Assembly: GCA_051532035.1 (NCBI GenBank)
Contig: JAOPTW010000002.1
Location: forward strand, 1 to 39,967
Length of the DNA stretch: 39,967 nucleotides
Reading direction: 5' to 3'
Origin: Fibrobacterales bacterium
Lineage (GTDB): Bacteria; Fibrobacterota; Fibrobacteria; Fibrobacterales; JAOPTW01
The notes under the pieces: generated by a model
Databases searched by the model: none
What the model was told of the DNA's origin: nothing
The model's input: the letters and a program-made list of their open reading frames with translations, nothing else
Translations under genes and position numbers: made by a program
Shown: in pieces, positions 37,342-39,967 of the stretch
How positions within the stretch are numbered: position 1 is the first letter of the stretch
Layout of the letters: each line of letters begins with the position of its first letter

Positions 37342-39894
37342 ATGTGTAATCAACTTGTTATAAAGTTTATCATAATATATTTCTTAGCATTGTTCTCACT
37401 GAGTTATGCAAATGATTTTGATATCAATGAACTTCAAGATCTTTCATTTGATGAGTTGCTGCAGGTAGAAATCCAAACCGGTTCATTTTTGGAACTTGAC
37501 CTGATGAATTCACCATTTAGCATGACTATAATTGACAAAAAGAAGATTTGGTCATCTGGTGCACGTCACTTAACTGAGCTACTCGAGATATATGTACCCG
37601 GCTTTCAATACTCGTATAATAAATGGAACGGCGAAATTTGGGGAATGCGAGGTGTTTCGGCATCTCGCAATACAAAATTTATTTTTCTGGTTAATGGTCA
37701 TAAAATGAATACTCAATCAAGAGATGGCGCTACTACTGAATTGAACTTAGGTCTTCTTGGCGATATTGAACGAGTAGAAGTATTGAGGGGGCCTGCTGGA
37801 CTTGTTTATGGTTCAGGTGCTATTGCAGGTATAGTGAATATTGTTACACAACAATATGTTGGTAAGGACACAAAAGAAGCAACTATTACAGTTGGCACAT
37901 GGGATTTTTCTAACAGCAATAAACAAGTAGAAGCACAAATAAAATCAAAAATTGATAAAGATCAATCTATTTCGTTTCAATTTGGATACAGACAATCAGA
38001 AGGTAACCCAGCCGAAAGAAGTAGAATATGGGGAAAACCACAATGGCCTTATACAAACTGGCTTGGTCCTATTGATGAATCTGTACCAAATTCAGGATGT
38101 ACATGGTGTACTCCTGGAAATATAAAAACCCATTTTAATTGGAATTACAAAAAATTTGAATTAAATGCTCGATATACTCACCAAGTATCCAATGCAGGGG
38201 GGCTTTTTATACTTGACCCTTGGCCGGAATTATCAGGGAATAACGATACTACTCTTTCTAGTCGCTGGATAGATGGCAAATTATATGAAGCTTATGTAAA
38301 AAATGATGCAGGTGAGTTAGAACAAACACGTTGGGCTGGAATAGAATCATGGGGTAATAACAGACGTCAATATATACATGATAACATATCAATAACTGGA
38401 AACTACACACTCCCTCTGGGTAAGGATGAAGTAAAGTTTATGTCGGCCTTTGATGGCAATACCAATAGAATTAACTTAGAAAAGAGAGAAGGATTTGAGG
38501 CACTATACCCTGAAGAACGCACCAGCCAGACAATTGAAACATTCGGAGAAAAGCGTTATACACTAGGGGCTCAATATCTGTTAAACTCTATAGATAATCT
38601 GCAGTTTGCAGGAGGATATGAATTTAGATATGACGCAATAGGTAACGACTTAACTGGGAAAAATGGTCAAAATGAATTATTGACCCATCCTACGATATCT
38701 CACATACAATACACAAACAACGCACTGTACTTTGAAGGTATATATGAAATTAATTCAAACTTTATGGCACATTTAGGTGCACGATATGATATCCATACAA
38801 GGACAAAGCAACACGGTGGTGTCTTTTCACCAAAAATAGCAGGTATCTATAAACCTAATAAAGACCATTCCTTAAAACTTATTTACCAAAGCTCAGCAAA
38901 TAATGGTTCTGCCGATGAATATGAATACAACCGTCTAAGTTATAACCAAGAAGGAGTTGCTTTTGAAAGTTGGCATTATCAATCTCCTGAAAATAATCCC
39001 GCAACATCTGACGATGCGCCCTTACCAGGGGCCACCCTTGAACAATTACACCAATTAAAACCTGAAAAAGTACAATCACTAGAATTAACAAGTGTTCACA
39101 AAATTGGTAGTTTGACTATACTCCCGTCAGTATCAATAAATTATATATCGGAACTTTTTGTTTGGAACCAAAATTTATTTCGCTCTGTTAATGGAGGTAA
39201 CTATCAATTTATCACCGCTGAACTAGATATTAATTATTCAAATTCATTCATTTCAATTGGTTTAAACCATGGTTATCAAAGGCCAGTCGACATTACATTA
39301 ACCGAATTAGTGGGTTTTGATGTTGATTTAGATATTGATTTAGATAAGAAATTTACAATACTAGCAGTTGATTCTTTTCATGCAGATAGCGGTGAAGCAT
39401 TTATTAATCCAGTAACTAAGGATACTAATTGGCTTCCTATTTACGCAGGAACCACTACAGATAGTATCAATTTGATAAGAGATCAAATAACAGTAGATGG
39501 TAAAAACTTTCTCAATTTAGTTACACACATATCAAAAATATATTTTGATGTGAATATTGTGAAAGCTCTTTCATTTCATAGTGACATGAGGATTTTTTGG
39601 GGCTTTCCAGGAAGGCGAAAAATAGTGGAGGATAATAAAATTACTGATGGAACATTGACTTGGCAATGGCATGATTTTCACAAAGACCCAATAGTAAAAT
39701 TGAATGCTAGCTTACATTGGAGCATTAAAGATAAATTTCGAATTTCATTTTATGTATATGATATTCTTGCTGAAGCAAAAGGGAAATATGCATCACATTC
39801 ATTACGGTGGCACCAATCAAGTGCCCCTGACCAAATAGACTTAATTGGAGTTGACCAAAGGTCATTTGCAGTACAGGTATCATCTTATTTTTAG
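37342..39894 (+). CDS. TonB-dependent receptor-like outer-membrane protein
   Basis: Signal peptide; LQDLSFDELL; plug motifs VPG, MRG, VNG, IERVEVLRGPAGLVYGSGAIAGIVNIVT; GARYD, SPK, LKPEK; terminal Phe. Confidence 0.88.
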   Translation: MCNQLVIKFIIIYFLALFSLSYANDFDINELQDLSFDELLQVEIQTGSFLELDLMNSPFSMTIIDKKKIWSSGARHLTELLEIYVPGFQYSYNKWNGEIWGMRGVSASRNTKFIFLVNGHKMNTQSRDGATTELNLGLLGDIERVEVLRGPAGLVYGSGAIAGIVNIVTQQYVGKDTKEATITVGTWDFSNSNKQVEAQIKSKIDKDQSISFQFGYRQSEGNPAERSRIWGKPQWPYTNWLGPIDESVPNSGCTWCTPGNIKTHFNWNYKKFELNARYTHQVSNAGGLFILDPWPELSGNNDTTLSSRWIDGKLYEAYVKNDAGELEQTRWAGIESWGNNRRQYIHDNISITGNYTLPLGKDEVKFMSAFDGNTNRINLEKREGFEALYPEERTSQTIETFGEKRYTLGAQYLLNSIDNLQFAGGYEFRYDAIGNDLTGKNGQNELLTHPTISHIQYTNNALYFEGIYEINSNFMAHLGARYDIHTRTKQHGGVFSPKIAGIYKPNKDHSLKLIYQSSANNGSADEYEYNRLSYNQEGVAFESWHYQSPENNPATSDDAPLPGATLEQLHQLKPEKVQSLELTSVHKIGSLTILPSVSINYISELFVWNQNLFRSVNGGNYQFITAELDINYSNSFISIGLNHGYQRPVDITLTELVGFDVDLDIDLDKKFTILAVDSFHADSGEAFINPVTKDTNWLPIYAGTTTDSINLIRDQITVDGKNFLNLVTHISKIYFDVNIVKALSFHSDMRIFWGFPGRRKIVEDNKITDGTLTWQWHDFHKDPIVKLNASLHWSIKDKFRISFYVYDILAEAKGKYASHSLRWHQSSAPDQIDLIGVDQRSFAVQVSSYF

Positions 39895-39917
39895 GAATAA
39901 AATATAAATATAGACAC

Positions 39918-39948
39918 AAAAAAAGCCCATAGCGTAAGCTACGGACTT
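39918..39948 (-). terminator. Terminator for a minus-strand transcript entering from beyond the window
   Basis: Minus strand AAGTCCGTAGC-TTAC-GCTATGGGCTT-TTTTT; the two mismatches become G-U pairs only on the minus strand. Confidence 0.75.
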
Positions 39949-39962
39949 CTAAAGTAAAAAAA

Positions 39963-39967
39963 TGGAG
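39963..39967 (-). tRNA. Possible 3' end (..CTCCA) of a tRNA truncated by the window edge
   Basis: Only 5 nt visible; supported only by the adjacent minus-strand terminator. Confidence 0.25.

Overview
Bacterial chromosomal window, AT-rich. The poly-Ser linkers, GH5 lipoproteins and a T9SS-type C-terminal tail suggest a cellulolytic Fibrobacterota-like organism (inference). From left to right: three GH5 endoglucanase-type genes; DUF5329 and a RomA-like MBL hydrolase; a minus-strand sucrose-phosphate synthase/phosphatase, GH32 and PfkB kinase operon; a Moco operon (moeA-moaA-moaC-mobB/mobA fusion-moaD-moaE); a nitrate/nitrite reduction locus where nirD and a [4Fe-4S/DmsC fusion - nitrate reductase - nirB] operon are driven by back-to-back sigma54-type promoters; a solute-binding protein, phosphohexomutase and dapA; an orphan short flagellin plus FliS-like gene under a sigma28 promoter, with a structured intergenic region upstream; namZ-like DUF1343, ssb and a membrane hypothetical; and a signalling module of a TonB-dependent receptor divergent from YfiR - hybrid histidine kinase - REC/HD-GYP. 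The last bases may be the 3' end of a minus-strand tRNA. The best candidates for under-described systems are the membrane-anchored, Tat-less Nas-type nitrate reductase and the TBDR/YfiR/phosphorelay/HD-GYP module. No CRISPR arrays, rRNA or transposases were seen. All calls come from reading motifs by eye; no searches were run.
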